Shown: positions 19,471 to 30,109 of the stretch, piece after piece
Layout of the letters: every line of letters begins with the position of its first letter
How positions within the stretch are numbered: the stretch's first letter is position 1
NCBI GenBank assembly: GCA_016196115.1
Contig: JACPYI010000023.1
Location: 1,348-65,347, forward strand
Length of the DNA stretch: 64,000 nt
Source of the DNA: Candidatus Sungiibacteriota bacterium
GTDB lineage: Bacteria > Patescibacteriota > Minisyncoccia > Sungbacterales > HO2-52-23
Direction of reading: 5' to 3'
Notes under the pieces: generated by a model
Told to the model about the DNA's origin: nothing
Database searches by the model: none
What the model saw: the letters and a program-made list of their open reading frames with translations, nothing else
Position numbers and translations under genes: made by a program

Positions 19471-21234
19471 ATGTGCGGCATAATTGCTCTTGCAGGTAAA
19501 AAAATTGCGGACATCTCGCCGAATCGTATTGACGCGATGCTGGATTCGCTTGCGCGCCGCGGACCCGACGATCGCGGGGTTTTGTCTTTCCCCTCCTGCG
19601 TGCTCGGCCAGACACGGCTTTCCATTCTTGACCTTTCCGGCGGACACCAGCCAATGCGAGACAACCAAAAAAACATCGCGGTCACGTTCAACGGCGAGAT
19701 TTACAACTACCGGGAATTAAAAAAAGATCTCGAACGGAAGGGGCACGTCTTCTCGACAAAATCTGACACTGAGGCGATCCTCAAGTGCTATCGCGAATAC
19801 GGCGCCGACTGCCCGAAATATCTTGACGGCATGTTTGCATTTATCGTCTGGGACGACGAAAAGCAGATGCTTTTTGCGGCGCGCGACCGGTTTGGCAAGA
19901 AACCGCTCTACTATGGGTTTGACGGCCATGGCACGCTCTTCATGGCATCGGAAATCAAAGCGCTTGCGCGGGCAGGCATTCGCGGAGTCATTGATCCTGA
20001 AGCGATCGACAATTACCTCACGCTCATGTACATACCGCCGTGGAAAAGCGTGTACGCAAATATCCATGTGATTCCGCCCGCATACAGCGCTTCGTTCAAG
20101 ATCGGCTGGAACACGCCGGCTTTTTCCCGCTACTGGCGGCTCGAATCCAATCCCCTTTCGGTCTCGTACGCTGATGCGAAAAAAGAAATCAAGCGGCTTT
20201 TTCTGGATTCAGTGCGCAAACGCATGATCGCGGATGTCGAGATAGGCGCATTGCTCTCGGGAGGCGTTGATTCCACGCTGGTATGCGCGTACGCGCAAAA
20301 GTTTTCCCGCCATCCGTTAAAGACATTCACTGTCGGCTATGAGCATTATATCAATGAGCTGCCCTATGCCCGCGAGGCATCCGAGACGATCGGCACGGAT
20401 CATTATACCCTGCAGGCAACAAGCGATCTGACGCATGAACTTACCAGCGTAATCGGCTACATGGATGAACCGCATGCCGATTCGTCCAACTTTCCCCAGC
20501 ATCTTGTCTCAAGGCTCGCTGCATCAAAAGTAAAGGTTGCGCTTTCCGGCGACGGCGCGGACGAATTGTTCATGGGCTACGGGTGGTACTGGAAATATCG
20601 GAATGTGCGCAAGGTCACGCAGATCAAAAACGCGCTGATTTCAAATCCATTTCAGGAGCACCTGAAGCTCATATCCGTTTTCCAGCCGCATGAACGCCGC
20701 AAACTCTGGAAAAACCCGGATGCGGTGAACGGCGACATTGTCGGAGAACAGGCGGAAGCATGCAAAAAAAATAATACGCAAAAGATCAATTTATTCGATC
20801 TGACCGCCTATCTTCCCGGACGGCTTTTAACTAAAGTGGACCGCACCAGTATGATGCATTCCCTGGAGGTGCGCTGCCCGTTTCTTGACTACCGGCTTGC
20901 CGAGTATGTATACAACTTGCCAGAAAAGTATAAAATGGACGGGGCGAGCGGAAAAATCATTTTGAAGGACATGCTCCGCGAGATCATGCCCGAAGAATTC
21001 GTGTACCGGCGCAAGCAGGGTTTTGGCGCGCCCGTAAGCGACTGGCTGAAAACCGATGCCATGAAAAAACTGGTGCATGAAAAACTCGGCGGCGCTGCGA
21101 TGATCTATGAATTTCTTAATAAAGAAGCAGTTACGGATTATCTGCGCGATTTCTACAGCCGTGACCATGTCAAAACGCATTACAAGATTTGGGTGCTGCT
21201 CTGTCTGGAGCTTTGGCTGGAGACCAGGCAATAA
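19471..21234 (+). CDS. asnB: Asparagine synthase (glutamine-hydrolysing) family amidotransferase
   Basis: N-terminal MCGIIAL (Cys2 nucleophile) and PP-loop SGGVDST. Within a polysaccharide locus it is probably a sugar-acid amidotransferase (WbpS-like) rather than housekeeping AsnB. Confidence 0.85.
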   Translation: MCGIIALAGKKIADISPNRIDAMLDSLARRGPDDRGVLSFPSCVLGQTRLSILDLSGGHQPMRDNQKNIAVTFNGEIYNYRELKKDLERKGHVFSTKSDTEAILKCYREYGADCPKYLDGMFAFIVWDDEKQMLFAARDRFGKKPLYYGFDGHGTLFMASEIKALARAGIRGVIDPEAIDNYLTLMYIPPWKSVYANIHVIPPAYSASFKIGWNTPAFSRYWRLESNPLSVSYADAKKEIKRLFLDSVRKRMIADVEIGALLSGGVDSTLVCAYAQKFSRHPLKTFTVGYEHYINELPYAREASETIGTDHYTLQATSDLTHELTSVIGYMDEPHADSSNFPQHLVSRLAASKVKVALSGDGADELFMGYGWYWKYRNVRKVTQIKNALISNPFQEHLKLISVFQPHERRKLWKNPDAVNGDIVGEQAEACKKNNTQKINLFDLTAYLPGRLLTKVDRTSMMHSLEVRCPFLDYRLAEYVYNLPEKYKMDGASGKIILKDMLREIMPEEFVYRRKQGFGAPVSDWLKTDAMKKLVHEKLGGAAMIYEFLNKEAVTDYLRDFYSRDHVKTHYKIWVLLCLELWLETRQ

Positions 21235-21336
21235 AACAAAAACGGAGGCATATGAGAAATTCTCGCCGTTGACAAGCGGCGACCCGTACGATATCGTCGA
21301 AGACAGCATGAACAGTTAAGAGGATAAAACAATCAT

Positions 21337-22332
21337 ATGAAAATACTCGTTACCGGCGGCGCCGGATTCATCGGTCATCATATCGTTCAATATTTTCTCG
21401 AAAAAACTGACTGGGACATCATCGTGCTTGACCGGCTTGATATTTCGGGAAATCTGAATCGCCTGGCCGACCTACCAAATTGGGAATCAGGCAAAACCAG
21501 GGTACAATTCGTCTATCACGATTTCAAAGCTCCCATCACTGAATTTATCAGCAGGCAAATCGGCGATGTGGAGTATATTCTTCATCTCGGCGGGTCAACC
21601 CATGTCGATCGCAGTATTGAGGATCCTGCCTCTTTCGCGATGGACAATGTGCTTGGCACGACCAACATGCTTAATTATGCGAGGACGCTCAAGAATCTCA
21701 AACGATTTATAAATTTTTCAACCGATGAGGTATTCGGACCGGCGCCAGAGGGCTATGCGCATAAGGAAAGCGACCCTTATCGTCCGTCAAATCCCTATTC
21801 GGCATCAAAAGCCGGAGCGTCTGCAATGGGGTACGCCTTTTTCATTACCTACGGCCTGCCGGTCGTTACTACGTATGCGATGAATAACTTCGGCGAGCGG
21901 CAACATCCGGAGAAACTCATACCCAAAATAATCCGCGCCGTCATGGAGCAAAAACCGATGCCGATTTTTGCAGCCGTGGATCCGGCAACCGGCCGCATGA
22001 CTTCTATCGGAAGCAGATGCTGGCTTCATTGCCGCAATACCGCCTCGGCGCTCTATTTGCTTTTGGAACACGGCGTACCGGGAGAATCGTATGCTATTAT
22101 CGGTTTTGATGAACTTTCGAATCTTGAGATTGCCCAAAAGATCGCGGCATATGCCGGTAAGCCCCTTATCCCGCATCTTATTGATTTTCATGCCATACGG
22201 CCCGGTCATGACGCGCGCTACGCTCTTGACGGATCAAAGATGAAAAAAATGGGGTGGGTTCCCGAAATTGACTTTGACACCTCGCTCAAACAGACGGTTG
22301 AGTTCGCCCTGCACAATCCCCAATGGAGCTAA
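21337..22332 (+). CDS. dTDP-glucose 4,6-dehydratase-like NAD-dependent epimerase/dehydratase
   Basis: [30 protein letters not shown] (YxxxK). RBS AAGAGGA. Confidence 0.8.
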   Translation: MKILVTGGAGFIGHHIVQYFLEKTDWDIIVLDRLDISGNLNRLADLPNWESGKTRVQFVYHDFKAPITEFISRQIGDVEYILHLGGSTHVDRSIEDPASFAMDNVLGTTNMLNYARTLKNLKRFINFSTDEVFGPAPEGYAHKESDPYRPSNPYSASKAGASAMGYAFFITYGLPVVTTYAMNNFGERQHPEKLIPKIIRAVMEQKPMPIFAAVDPATGRMTSIGSRCWLHCRNTASALYLLLEHGVPGESYAIIGFDELSNLEIAQKIAAYAGKPLIPHLIDFHAIRPGHDARYALDGSKMKKMGWVPEIDFDTSLKQTVEFALHNPQWS

Positions 22333-23048
22333 AAGGAATCATTCTTGCGGGAGGAAAAGGAACGCGGCTTATGCCGGCGACTTTGGTTATGAATAAGCAC
22401 CTTATTCCCGTCCTGAATAAACCGATGATCCTGTATCCGCTGGAAACGCTTACCAAAGTATTCGGCATAAAAGAGATTATGCTTATTTCATCCGGCGAGC
22501 ATATCGGCCAATTTGCGAATTTTCTCGGTGATGGATCGGCATATGGATGTTCGCTTACCTATAGAGTACAAAAAGATGCGGGCGGTATTGCCCAAGCGCT
22601 TGGTCTCGCGCGCAATTTCGCGGATACGAGCAGATCCATTGTCATTTTAGGCGACAATATTTTTGATAATGGGCAACTTGCAAAAGATGCAGGTGATTTC
22701 AGTCCGAAAGATGATGCGTGCGTATTTTTAAAAGAAGTTGAAGATGCTCACCAATTCGGCGTGCCTACTTTTTCGTCCGATATGGCCATAGACCTCATCA
22801 CCGAAAAGCCGGCTCATCCCAGTTGCAATGTTGCGGTTGTCGGTCTGTATTCCTTTCCGCCGGATGTTTTTGAGATTATTAAAACTTTGAAACCTTCTCA
22901 ACGCGGCGAGCTTGAAATAACGGAAGTCAATAACTCGTATGCAAAAAGGGGAAAACTTACTCATAAAATCCTGACCGGATTTTGGTCTGATGCCGGCACG
23001 CAAGAATCTCTTGCACGCACCACCAAGTGGGCTTTTTCAAACTTATAA
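22323..23048 (+). CDS. Sugar-1-phosphate nucleotidyltransferase (short RmlA-like)
   Basis: GIILAGGKGTRLMPAT and VILGDNIFD motifs; overlaps the upstream gene stop. Confidence 0.8.
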   Translation: MELKGIILAGGKGTRLMPATLVMNKHLIPVLNKPMILYPLETLTKVFGIKEIMLISSGEHIGQFANFLGDGSAYGCSLTYRVQKDAGGIAQALGLARNFADTSRSIVILGDNIFDNGQLAKDAGDFSPKDDACVFLKEVEDAHQFGVPTFSSDMAIDLITEKPAHPSCNVAVVGLYSFPPDVFEIIKTLKPSQRGELEITEVNNSYAKRGKLTHKILTGFWSDAGTQESLARTTKWAFSNL

Positions 23049-23081
23049 CGGGCTGCGCGCAAAACGCGTGGAAAGAAAAAT

Positions 23082-24098
23082 ATGAGTACGAAAAATCAAA
23101 AGCTTTTCATAAGCGGCGGATCCGGGTTTATAGGGCACCACGTCATTGATTATGCGCTAAAAAACACTGCATGGGATATTGTTTCCATCGACATGCCGAT
23201 GCGAGCAAGGAATCCTGCTCGGCTGGCTGAAATACTTACCGGCAAAAACAAAAAACGAGTATCTATTATCTACTACGACCTTCAAAAACCTCTGGAAGAA
23301 AATCTGCGGAAAAAGATAGGAAATCCCGACTACATGTTACACCTCGCGGCTTCTTCCAGCGTACCTCAAAGCATCGGGAATCCGCTGCCTTTCGTCATGA
23401 ACAACGTGCTGGCGACGATGAATATTCTTGAATACGCACGAGCGCTGACAAAAAACCATACATTAAAAAAGTTCATCAATTTTTCTACGGTCGAGGTTTT
23501 CGGTCCGGCAAGAAACGGTTACTCGCATAAAGAAGAAGACGCATATAACCCATCAAACCCGTATGCCGCATCAAAAGCAAGCCAGGCGTCTCTTGGCCGC
23601 GCCTATGCGACCAGCTTTGAACTGCCCGTCATAACAACCTTTACCATGAATACCTTCGGAGAACGCCAATACCCGGAGAAATTCATACCGACAGTAATCC
23701 GCTCCGTAAGAGAAGGCAAAGCCGTCCCCATCTTTGCCGAACTGGATGATAGAGGCAAACTCAAAACTATCGGTTCGCGCTATTGGATATATGCCCAAAA
23801 TACCGCCTCGGCGCTTTTATTTTTACTCAAAAAAGGGAAAAACGGCGAATCTTACAATATCGTCGGATTTGACGAATACAATAATCTTGAAATCGCCCAA
23901 AAAATATCCGGCATTATCGGCATGCCGCTCCGTCATGAATTCGTGGACTACCGGAAGCATAACCCGGGCCATGAAAACAGGTATGCGCTTGACGGGACAA
24001 AAATCAAAAATATGGGGTGGTCCCCGGAAATCACTTTTGACAAGGCCATGGAGCGGGTTGTAACATTTACGCTTCACAATCCCGAATGGCTTGCATAA
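23082..24098 (+). CDS. dTDP-glucose 4,6-dehydratase-like NAD-dependent epimerase/dehydratase, paralog of 21337..22332
   Basis: LFISGGSGFIGHH, STVEVFG, YAASKASQAS. Roughly 50-55% identity by eye to the gene two positions upstream. Confidence 0.8.
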   Translation: MSTKNQKLFISGGSGFIGHHVIDYALKNTAWDIVSIDMPMRARNPARLAEILTGKNKKRVSIIYYDLQKPLEENLRKKIGNPDYMLHLAASSSVPQSIGNPLPFVMNNVLATMNILEYARALTKNHTLKKFINFSTVEVFGPARNGYSHKEEDAYNPSNPYAASKASQASLGRAYATSFELPVITTFTMNTFGERQYPEKFIPTVIRSVREGKAVPIFAELDDRGKLKTIGSRYWIYAQNTASALLFLLKKGKNGESYNIVGFDEYNNLEIAQKISGIIGMPLRHEFVDYRKHNPGHENRYALDGTKIKNMGWSPEITFDKAMERVVTFTLHNPEWLA

Positions 24099-24102
24099 CA
24101 TC

Positions 24103-25248
24103 ATGTTAAAAAAAATATATTGGGCATACAAAAATAAGATAGCGAATAAACTTTTTGGAGTTGTGCGCATGCCGGCACAAGGAAAAAAGAAGGGGGATGT
24201 CCTGCTATCCTATATTACCGAGCCCTTCACTCATGCTCCGTGGGAACCGCTTTCAAACTTCCACACCATGTATTGGGAGTGTTATGAGACCGCCCGTCTT
24301 TTGAGCGAAAAAGGATACGGTTGCGATATTGTCAATGCATTAGATAACAGTTTTATACCGAGGAAACCATACCGGGTATGCATAGATTCCGAAAATAATC
24401 TGGAAAGATTCTTGCCCCATCTTCCCAAAAACTGCATCAAGGTATTTTTCATCTTTATTTCCCATTGGGAAGCATACAATACAGCCGAGGAATCGAGGCT
24501 CGCAGACCTGGAAAAAAGGCGCGGCGTCCGTCTTGTGCCGAGACGAAAAGTAAAATCGTCGCGAAATGCGGAAATCGCCGATTGTATCATCGGATTCGGG
24601 AATAAAACGGTCTTCAATACATTTCATAAATTTAAAAAAACTATTTTTTATATTCCGATTTCCTCCGTAATCCAATTTGATTCTCCGGAAAAAAAGGATT
24701 TCGCCTCTGCGCGCAACCATTTTACGTGGATGGGAGGAGGCGGGGCAGTATTGAAAGGCCTGGACATCACGCTTGAGGCATTCAGCAAGATGCCGGATTT
24801 CCATTTGCACGTATGCGGACCGGTATCCGCTGAAAAGGATTTTGTCCGGGAATATAAAAAGGAGCTTGAGGAAACTCCGAATATCCATGTCTATGGGCGG
24901 ATTGATGTCACCGGCAGCAAATTTTCCGCAATACTGAACAGGTGTTCGGCGGTCGTCTATCCGTCAGCCGGAGAAGGTTCATCCGGAACCATAGTGCTTG
25001 CCATGCATGCCGGACTTATACCGATTATCTCCCACGAAACCGGCATACAGGAAGATTCCGGATATATCCCGCTGGTAAACTCGACTCCCGAATCAATCAT
25101 AAAAACAGTAACGGAATTTTCCAAGATGCCGGAAGAAAGTATGCGCCAATTCTCAAAAAAAATATGGGCGTACGCGCGAACGCATTATACAAAAAAGCAA
25201 TACACGGCCGCTTGCACGCGCTTCATTGAAGACGTATTACACCTATGA
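24103..25248 (+). CDS. Glycosyltransferase family 4 (GT-B, group 1)
   Basis: C-terminal region SAVVYPSAGEGSSGTIVLAMHAGLIPII (E-x7-E type motif). ATG 24103 is 5 nt after the upstream stop; the ORF-track start at 24091 is a TTG. Confidence 0.75.
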   Translation: MLKKIYWAYKNKIANKLFGVVRMPAQGKKKGDVLLSYITEPFTHAPWEPLSNFHTMYWECYETARLLSEKGYGCDIVNALDNSFIPRKPYRVCIDSENNLERFLPHLPKNCIKVFFIFISHWEAYNTAEESRLADLEKRRGVRLVPRRKVKSSRNAEIADCIIGFGNKTVFNTFHKFKKTIFYIPISSVIQFDSPEKKDFASARNHFTWMGGGGAVLKGLDITLEAFSKMPDFHLHVCGPVSAEKDFVREYKKELEETPNIHVYGRIDVTGSKFSAILNRCSAVVYPSAGEGSSGTIVLAMHAGLIPIISHETGIQEDSGYIPLVNSTPESIIKTVTEFSKMPEESMRQFSKKIWAYARTHYTKKQYTAACTRFIEDVLHL

Positions 25249-26084
25249 CACGTCCTCTCATCAGTGTCGTGATTCCGGTCTATAACTGTGAAAAAACCGT
25301 TGCTGCGGCTATTCGCTCAATCTTGGATCAAACATACGGAAATATTGAAATTATCGTCGTGAACGACAACAGCACCGACACCACTAGGCATATCATGGAA
25401 CACGTCGCAGCCACAGATAGCCGCATCACATTGGTAGACGCGCCGGACGATCCGTATCGCTTTGATGCCAGCATCAACCGCAATGTAAACGCCGGATGGT
25501 CGGCCCGCAATACCGGCTTCGCGCACGTTCAAGGAGAACTTATCACGTTTCAGGATGCGGATGACGCGTCGCTTCCCAACCGCATCGAGGTCCAATATAA
25601 TCTCCTGACCAGATACAACGCAACGCACGCGACCATTGACTGGGTGCAATTTGATGAAAAATATCTTGGCACACAATTGGATGTCACGTCCTATCTGAAG
25701 AATTTAAAAATGCTCGGCCCCAAAGAATTGTACGCCATGTCCCAACGGTCAAAAGGCCTGGTCGCAAAAATATCGCCGGCACTGAATCGCGCGATCCCCT
25801 TTCATCTGAAACGAAAACGGATCATCAATAAACTTTTTTTTGGCTCGCTTGAAAATTATCCCGGCCAGGGAAACTGCCCCCTGTTCCGCCGCGAAGTTAT
25901 CGAAAAAGTCCGATTCCGCAACCTCCGCGACCGCGTCTGGCCATCTTTCATGGGCCGCGGCGCGGACAAGGACTTCAATTTCCAAGTCGCCGAGACATTC
26001 AAACAGAGCTATGTATTCTTCATCCCGCTCTACATGTGGCGCGTACAAGACCAGAATCCGCGCTATCCGGACGGCATTGATTGA
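25245..26084 (+). CDS. Glycosyltransferase family 2
   Basis: ISVVIPVYNCEKTVAAAIRSILDQTYGNIEIIVVNDNSTD and FQDADD (DXD). ATGA overlap with the upstream gene. Confidence 0.8.
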   Translation: MTRPLISVVIPVYNCEKTVAAAIRSILDQTYGNIEIIVVNDNSTDTTRHIMEHVAATDSRITLVDAPDDPYRFDASINRNVNAGWSARNTGFAHVQGELITFQDADDASLPNRIEVQYNLLTRYNATHATIDWVQFDEKYLGTQLDVTSYLKNLKMLGPKELYAMSQRSKGLVAKISPALNRAIPFHLKRKRIINKLFFGSLENYPGQGNCPLFRREVIEKVRFRNLRDRVWPSFMGRGADKDFNFQVAETFKQSYVFFIPLYMWRVQDQNPRYPDGID

Positions 26085-26100
26085 TTCGTTGTATGAATAC

Positions 26101-27198
26101 TTAAAATGGCTCTTTAAGGATTTGTTTTTTGAGCTCCGCAATATCCGCGTAGGGGGCCAGGGCGGGTTCGCGGGCCGTCAGATAGAGGAGGAGGCGGAGC
26201 GTGCCTTTTTCGGTCAGATGGCCGGCATCGTATAATTCCGCGTCTGATGAGCCAATGGTTTCGAGATTGCGCAGATCATGGAAATGATACTGGTATCGCT
26301 CAAAGAGCGCGGCAAGTGTGGCGGGCGCTGCGCGGAATTCTTCTCCATGCAAATCGCGCAAGGACCAAATGGCGCGATAAATTTCCAGAGCATAGGGCGA
26401 GAAATATCCGATCACAACTATGTTTCTTTCGCGGGCGAGCGCAAGGAACTTTTTAACTTCCGCAAGATTGCGCAGCGATACGGCAGAGAATTTGTCGATC
26501 TCGGGAATATTGTCCGCAACCTGCAGAGCCATGGGGAGCGCGTTTTTTCTCATATCCAGAATTTCCGGAAGAGTCCCCCGGCTTAAACTGCCGTCCGCGC
26601 GGAATCCGGCGTGGTGCATGAGTGCGACAAGACCGATGGACTCCGTGGTTTTTCTTTCGCGCATCAGCCCACGAACGGAAAATTTTCCTGCCGCATAATC
26701 AAGATATGCGGCCCGCCACCCGGAAGAAAGGAACGCGCGGAGCATATCAGAAGCGCTTGCCTGCTGGTGCTCATCTTGGACAGCGGCATCATAGAGCAGA
26801 TTCGTAGCGTCAAAAAGAATTACGGCCAGGTTGTTGTCATGCGGCAGCGCGTTGAGGTAATGGGACAGATCTGCGGCGCTATACACTCCCCTGCCCGCAT
26901 TGTAAAACGCATCTTCGCGTCTGAAAAAACGGGCGCGGAATGTCAGCGATTGAGACAATCCCAGCGCTACGATCTGCGGGTTTCTCGCGATGGTTGAAAG
27001 AAGTTTATACGGCTTTTCGGTATACGAGGTAAATGCGGATTGGTACAAGATGTCTTGTCCCGGGTTTTGCTGCTGGCGGCTGACTATCGCGGATACGGGC
27101 AGCAATTCGCGCCCCAATATAAATACGGCGAGCGGAAATATAAAAATCCCGAGCACCGGAATACTGAATAGGGCGCATTTGAGGAGAAATCGTGCCAT
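26101..27198 (-). CDS. AlgJ/AlgX/DltD-like extracytoplasmic O-acyltransferase partner protein (N-terminal membrane anchor)
   Basis: N-terminal TM helix (FSIPVLGIFIFPLAVFIL). Size and genomic context (immediately downstream of an MBOAT) are typical of the AlgJ/AlgX/DltD family. ATG 27198 is 6 nt after the MBOAT stop. Confidence 0.6.
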   Translation of the reverse strand: MARFLLKCALFSIPVLGIFIFPLAVFILGRELLPVSAIVSRQQQNPGQDILYQSAFTSYTEKPYKLLSTIARNPQIVALGLSQSLTFRARFFRREDAFYNAGRGVYSAADLSHYLNALPHDNNLAVILFDATNLLYDAAVQDEHQQASASDMLRAFLSSGWRAAYLDYAAGKFSVRGLMRERKTTESIGLVALMHHAGFRADGSLSRGTLPEILDMRKNALPMALQVADNIPEIDKFSAVSLRNLAEVKKFLALARERNIVVIGYFSPYALEIYRAIWSLRDLHGEEFRAAPATLAALFERYQYHFHDLRNLETIGSSDAELYDAGHLTEKGTLRLLLYLTAREPALAPYADIAELKKQILKEPF

Positions 27199-27204
27199 GG
27201 CCAA

Positions 27205-28680
27205 TTAAAATTTAAAATAGATGAACGGCTGCGCGCCAAAATATCCCAAAAAAAGCGTACCGAAAATAAGCGCGTAGTACCAACTCCAGCGAACGGCGCG
27301 GCTCTTCTTTTCAAAAATAAATACTGTATTGAGTTTGGCCTGCGCGTATTGGACACACTCGAGAAAACATATCCCGATTACGATAGCCCCCGCCGATCTG
27401 AAGCCGAAATTGCCGGATGCAAACAGAGATTGCCAGCGCGTGAGCGCTGTGGGCAGATGCAGGAACGCGGATTTTGTTTTCGCCAATACATACAGCGCTT
27501 GCGCGACAGTCGCTGCCCGAAAAAATACAAAACTTACGCAAACCAGCGCAAAAACGGCAAGGGTCTGCCATGTTTTGAGCAAGGCCGGGTAAGCGGAAAA
27601 TCCAATGAACGCCGCCGTGCGCTTTCGCGCATCCGCAGTCCAGAGCGCAAGCACCAGATAGCCGCCATGCAACGAGCCGAACACCACATATGTCCAGTTT
27701 GCGCCATGCCACAACCCGATCAGTATAAAGGTGATGAAAAGACCGGCGTAGAGGCGCGTCTTCGTTACCTTTTTTCCGGCGAACGCAAGCGGATAATAGA
27801 GATAATCGCGCAGCCAGCTTGAAAGCGAGATATGCCACCGCCGCCAGAATTCCGCGATGGAGCGAGACGCATACGGACGATTAAAATTATTCGTTACATC
27901 ATAGCCGAACACGAGAGCCGATCCGACCGCAATATCGGAGTACCCGGAAAAATCACAATAGATCTGGTAGGAAAACAGTATGGCCGCAAGAAAAATCGCA
28001 AGGTCGCTTGATGCGCCTAAATTTCCATACACATGGTTTACCAGCAAAGCAATCCGGTCGGCTATGACCAGTTTTTTAAAAAATCCCCAGAGCATCAGTT
28101 CAAGTCCCTGCCGCACCCGCACTGCGTCAAAGACGTGCGGCTCGTGGAATTGATGCAGCATGTGCTGCGGACGCTCTATAGGTCCGGCAACGAGCTGGGG
28201 AAAAAACATCACGTAGAGGGCATAGACACCGAAGTGGCGCTCGGGCTTTTGTTTGCCGCGGTATGCTTCGATCACATAACTCAAACTCTGAAACACGTGG
28301 AATGACAGGCCAAGCGGCAGCAGAATATGCAGCAGCGCCGGGGAATAATTCCAATGGATCGCGCGTGCAAGAACCGCGATGTTCTCATTGAAGAAGTTGA
28401 AATATTTAAAAAAGAAAAGCGTGCCGAGATTGGCGATGACGCTCCCGACAAGAAACATTTTTCGCCGCACGCCCCTTGAGCGCGCGATAGAGAGCCCCAG
28501 AAAATAGTCGACCGTAATGAGAAAAAATAAAACAAGAATGAACGCCGGCACAAATGCCATGTAAAAATAGCAGCTCCCGGCAAGCAATAATATCCAGCGG
28601 TATCGGTCCGGAACGACCGCGTAATACGCGAGAAAAACCGCGGCGAAGAAGATGAGAAATTGCAGCGAGTTGAATAGCAT
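27205..28680 (-). CDS. MBOAT-family membrane-bound O-acyltransferase (AlgI/DltB-like)
   Basis: Multi-pass membrane protein with the conserved MBOAT core ...WRRWHISLSSWLRDYLYYPL...GLWHGANW (invariant His). Confidence 0.85.
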   Translation of the reverse strand: MLFNSLQFLIFFAAVFLAYYAVVPDRYRWILLLAGSCYFYMAFVPAFILVLFFLITVDYFLGLSIARSRGVRRKMFLVGSVIANLGTLFFFKYFNFFNENIAVLARAIHWNYSPALLHILLPLGLSFHVFQSLSYVIEAYRGKQKPERHFGVYALYVMFFPQLVAGPIERPQHMLHQFHEPHVFDAVRVRQGLELMLWGFFKKLVIADRIALLVNHVYGNLGASSDLAIFLAAILFSYQIYCDFSGYSDIAVGSALVFGYDVTNNFNRPYASRSIAEFWRRWHISLSSWLRDYLYYPLAFAGKKVTKTRLYAGLFITFILIGLWHGANWTYVVFGSLHGGYLVLALWTADARKRTAAFIGFSAYPALLKTWQTLAVFALVCVSFVFFRAATVAQALYVLAKTKSAFLHLPTALTRWQSLFASGNFGFRSAGAIVIGICFLECVQYAQAKLNTVFIFEKKSRAVRWSWYYALIFGTLFLGYFGAQPFIYFKF

Positions 28681-29447
28681 TACGATAACGCGCCGGATTC
28701 CGGGGCGACGAGCAGCGTAAGATTGCTCACATGAACCGCATGATCAGAACAGAGAAACGACACTGCATCTGCCACGTCATCGGCCGAAGCGAATTTTTTA
28801 GCCGGACTTTTTTCGCGCGCCATATCCACGAATGCCTGCGGTATATCGAGGTTCATGCCGCCAGACATAAAGCCGGGAGCCACAGAGTACACGCGCACGT
28901 GATGCGGGGCAAGCTCTTGGCGGAGCATGGCAAGCATGCCCTGCAGCGCATATTTTGCCGGCACATATGCGCCGAGACCTTGCCCCGCTTCCGAGATCAG
29001 CACGGCCGATGTGGTAATGCCGATAATGACGCCTGCCGTGCGTTCTTTCATGGCAAGGGCGCAGGCCGAGAGAAAATGAAAACCGCCGGAGACGGTTACG
29101 CTCAACTGATCGCGCAGGTCTTGGGACGAGGAGCGGAGCAACGACCCGCGGTGCGGTCCGATCCCTGCCGCATGCACGGATATGCCGATCTGCCCCATGT
29201 CGCGTTCGATTTTTGCAATCGTTTCGGCAACTTGTCCGGCATCTTCAAGATCGCATTGGTATGCGCAGTGTCCCGATCCCGGCAGCAGAGTTATCATATC
29301 GTTTACGGTTTTTTCCGGAGTACGATGATAGAGCAGAGCCACGCGCATCCCGTCGGCCGCGAGTTTTCGGGCGATAGCCGAGCCGACATATCCGGACCCG
29401 CCTGAGATCGCCGCAACTTTTCCATTTTCTGTTTGTGCGTCAGTCAT
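28680..29447 (-). CDS. SDR-family oxidoreductase (3-oxoacyl-ACP reductase-like)
   Basis: AAISGGSGYVGSAIARKL (TGxxxGxG-like), YVPAKYAL (YxxxK). Confidence 0.8.
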   Translation of the reverse strand: MTDAQTENGKVAAISGGSGYVGSAIARKLAADGMRVALLYHRTPEKTVNDMITLLPGSGHCAYQCDLEDAGQVAETIAKIERDMGQIGISVHAAGIGPHRGSLLRSSSQDLRDQLSVTVSGGFHFLSACALAMKERTAGVIIGITTSAVLISEAGQGLGAYVPAKYALQGMLAMLRQELAPHHVRVYSVAPGFMSGGMNLDIPQAFVDMAREKSPAKKFASADDVADAVSFLCSDHAVHVSNLTLLVAPESGALS

Positions 29448-29460
29448 GGTCTATGCATCG

Positions 29461-29883
29461 TCATATAAGCACCTGCACCGTTGCGATGCCCGTGAGAACT
29501 TCCTCATCATCTTTGGTGATCGAGACCCCGATCTCAAGCACTCCGGTTGATTCGCTCTTGGCCCGTACCACGCCCTGAACTACGACCGTATCGCCGATAA
29601 AAACCGGTTTGCGGAAGAAAAGCGTCTGCGAAAGATATAGGCATCTTTTCCCCGGCAGATACATGCCTACCAGCGTAGAGCATAAAGAACCCACGAGCAT
29701 ACCGTGCGCCAGCCGGCGTCCGAATCGCGTTGTCCGGGCATACGCCTCATCAAGATGAAGCGGGTTTTGATCCCCGCTCAATCGGGCGAACGCCAGCACG
29801 TCATTCCGGGTAAATATCCGGGAAAAGGACGCGGTATCGCCGACCGAGATGTCTTTGAGGAGCAGATCCTTGGGGTTAACCAT
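29461..29883 (-). CDS. MaoC-like (R)-specific enoyl/hydroxyacyl thioester dehydratase, hotdog fold
   Basis: FARLSGDQNPLHLDEAYA (MaoC signature D-x-N-P-[LI]-H). Start ATG 29883 overlaps the carrier-protein stop. Confidence 0.75.
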   Translation of the reverse strand: MVNPKDLLLKDISVGDTASFSRIFTRNDVLAFARLSGDQNPLHLDEAYARTTRFGRRLAHGMLVGSLCSTLVGMYLPGKRCLYLSQTLFFRKPVFIGDTVVVQGVVRAKSESTGVLEIGVSITKDDEEVLTGIATVQVLI

Positions 29884-30109
29884 GTTTTTTCCCCCGCGCT
29901 TCAATGATCCCGCGGATATCGCCAAGGCATTGCGTGGTCATAACCTCATCCATGCTGAACGACAGATCGAATTCTTTTTCAAGCTCCGCGACAAAAAGCA
30001 GATAGTTCATCGAATCCCATTCAGGAATATCTTTCGAAGAAAGGCCATCGTGGATTTCCGCATCGGATATCTTGAAGACCTCGGCTACAATGTTATTGAA
30101 TGTCCTCAT
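29876..30109 (-). CDS. Stand-alone acyl/peptidyl carrier protein
   Basis: 78 aa; phosphopantetheine-attachment motif EWDSMNYLLFVAELE (D-S-[LM] with conserved Ser). ATGA overlap with the upstream FkbH-like gene. Confidence 0.75.
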   Translation of the reverse strand: MRTFNNIVAEVFKISDAEIHDGLSSKDIPEWDSMNYLLFVAELEKEFDLSFSMDEVMTTQCLGDIRGIIEARGKKHG

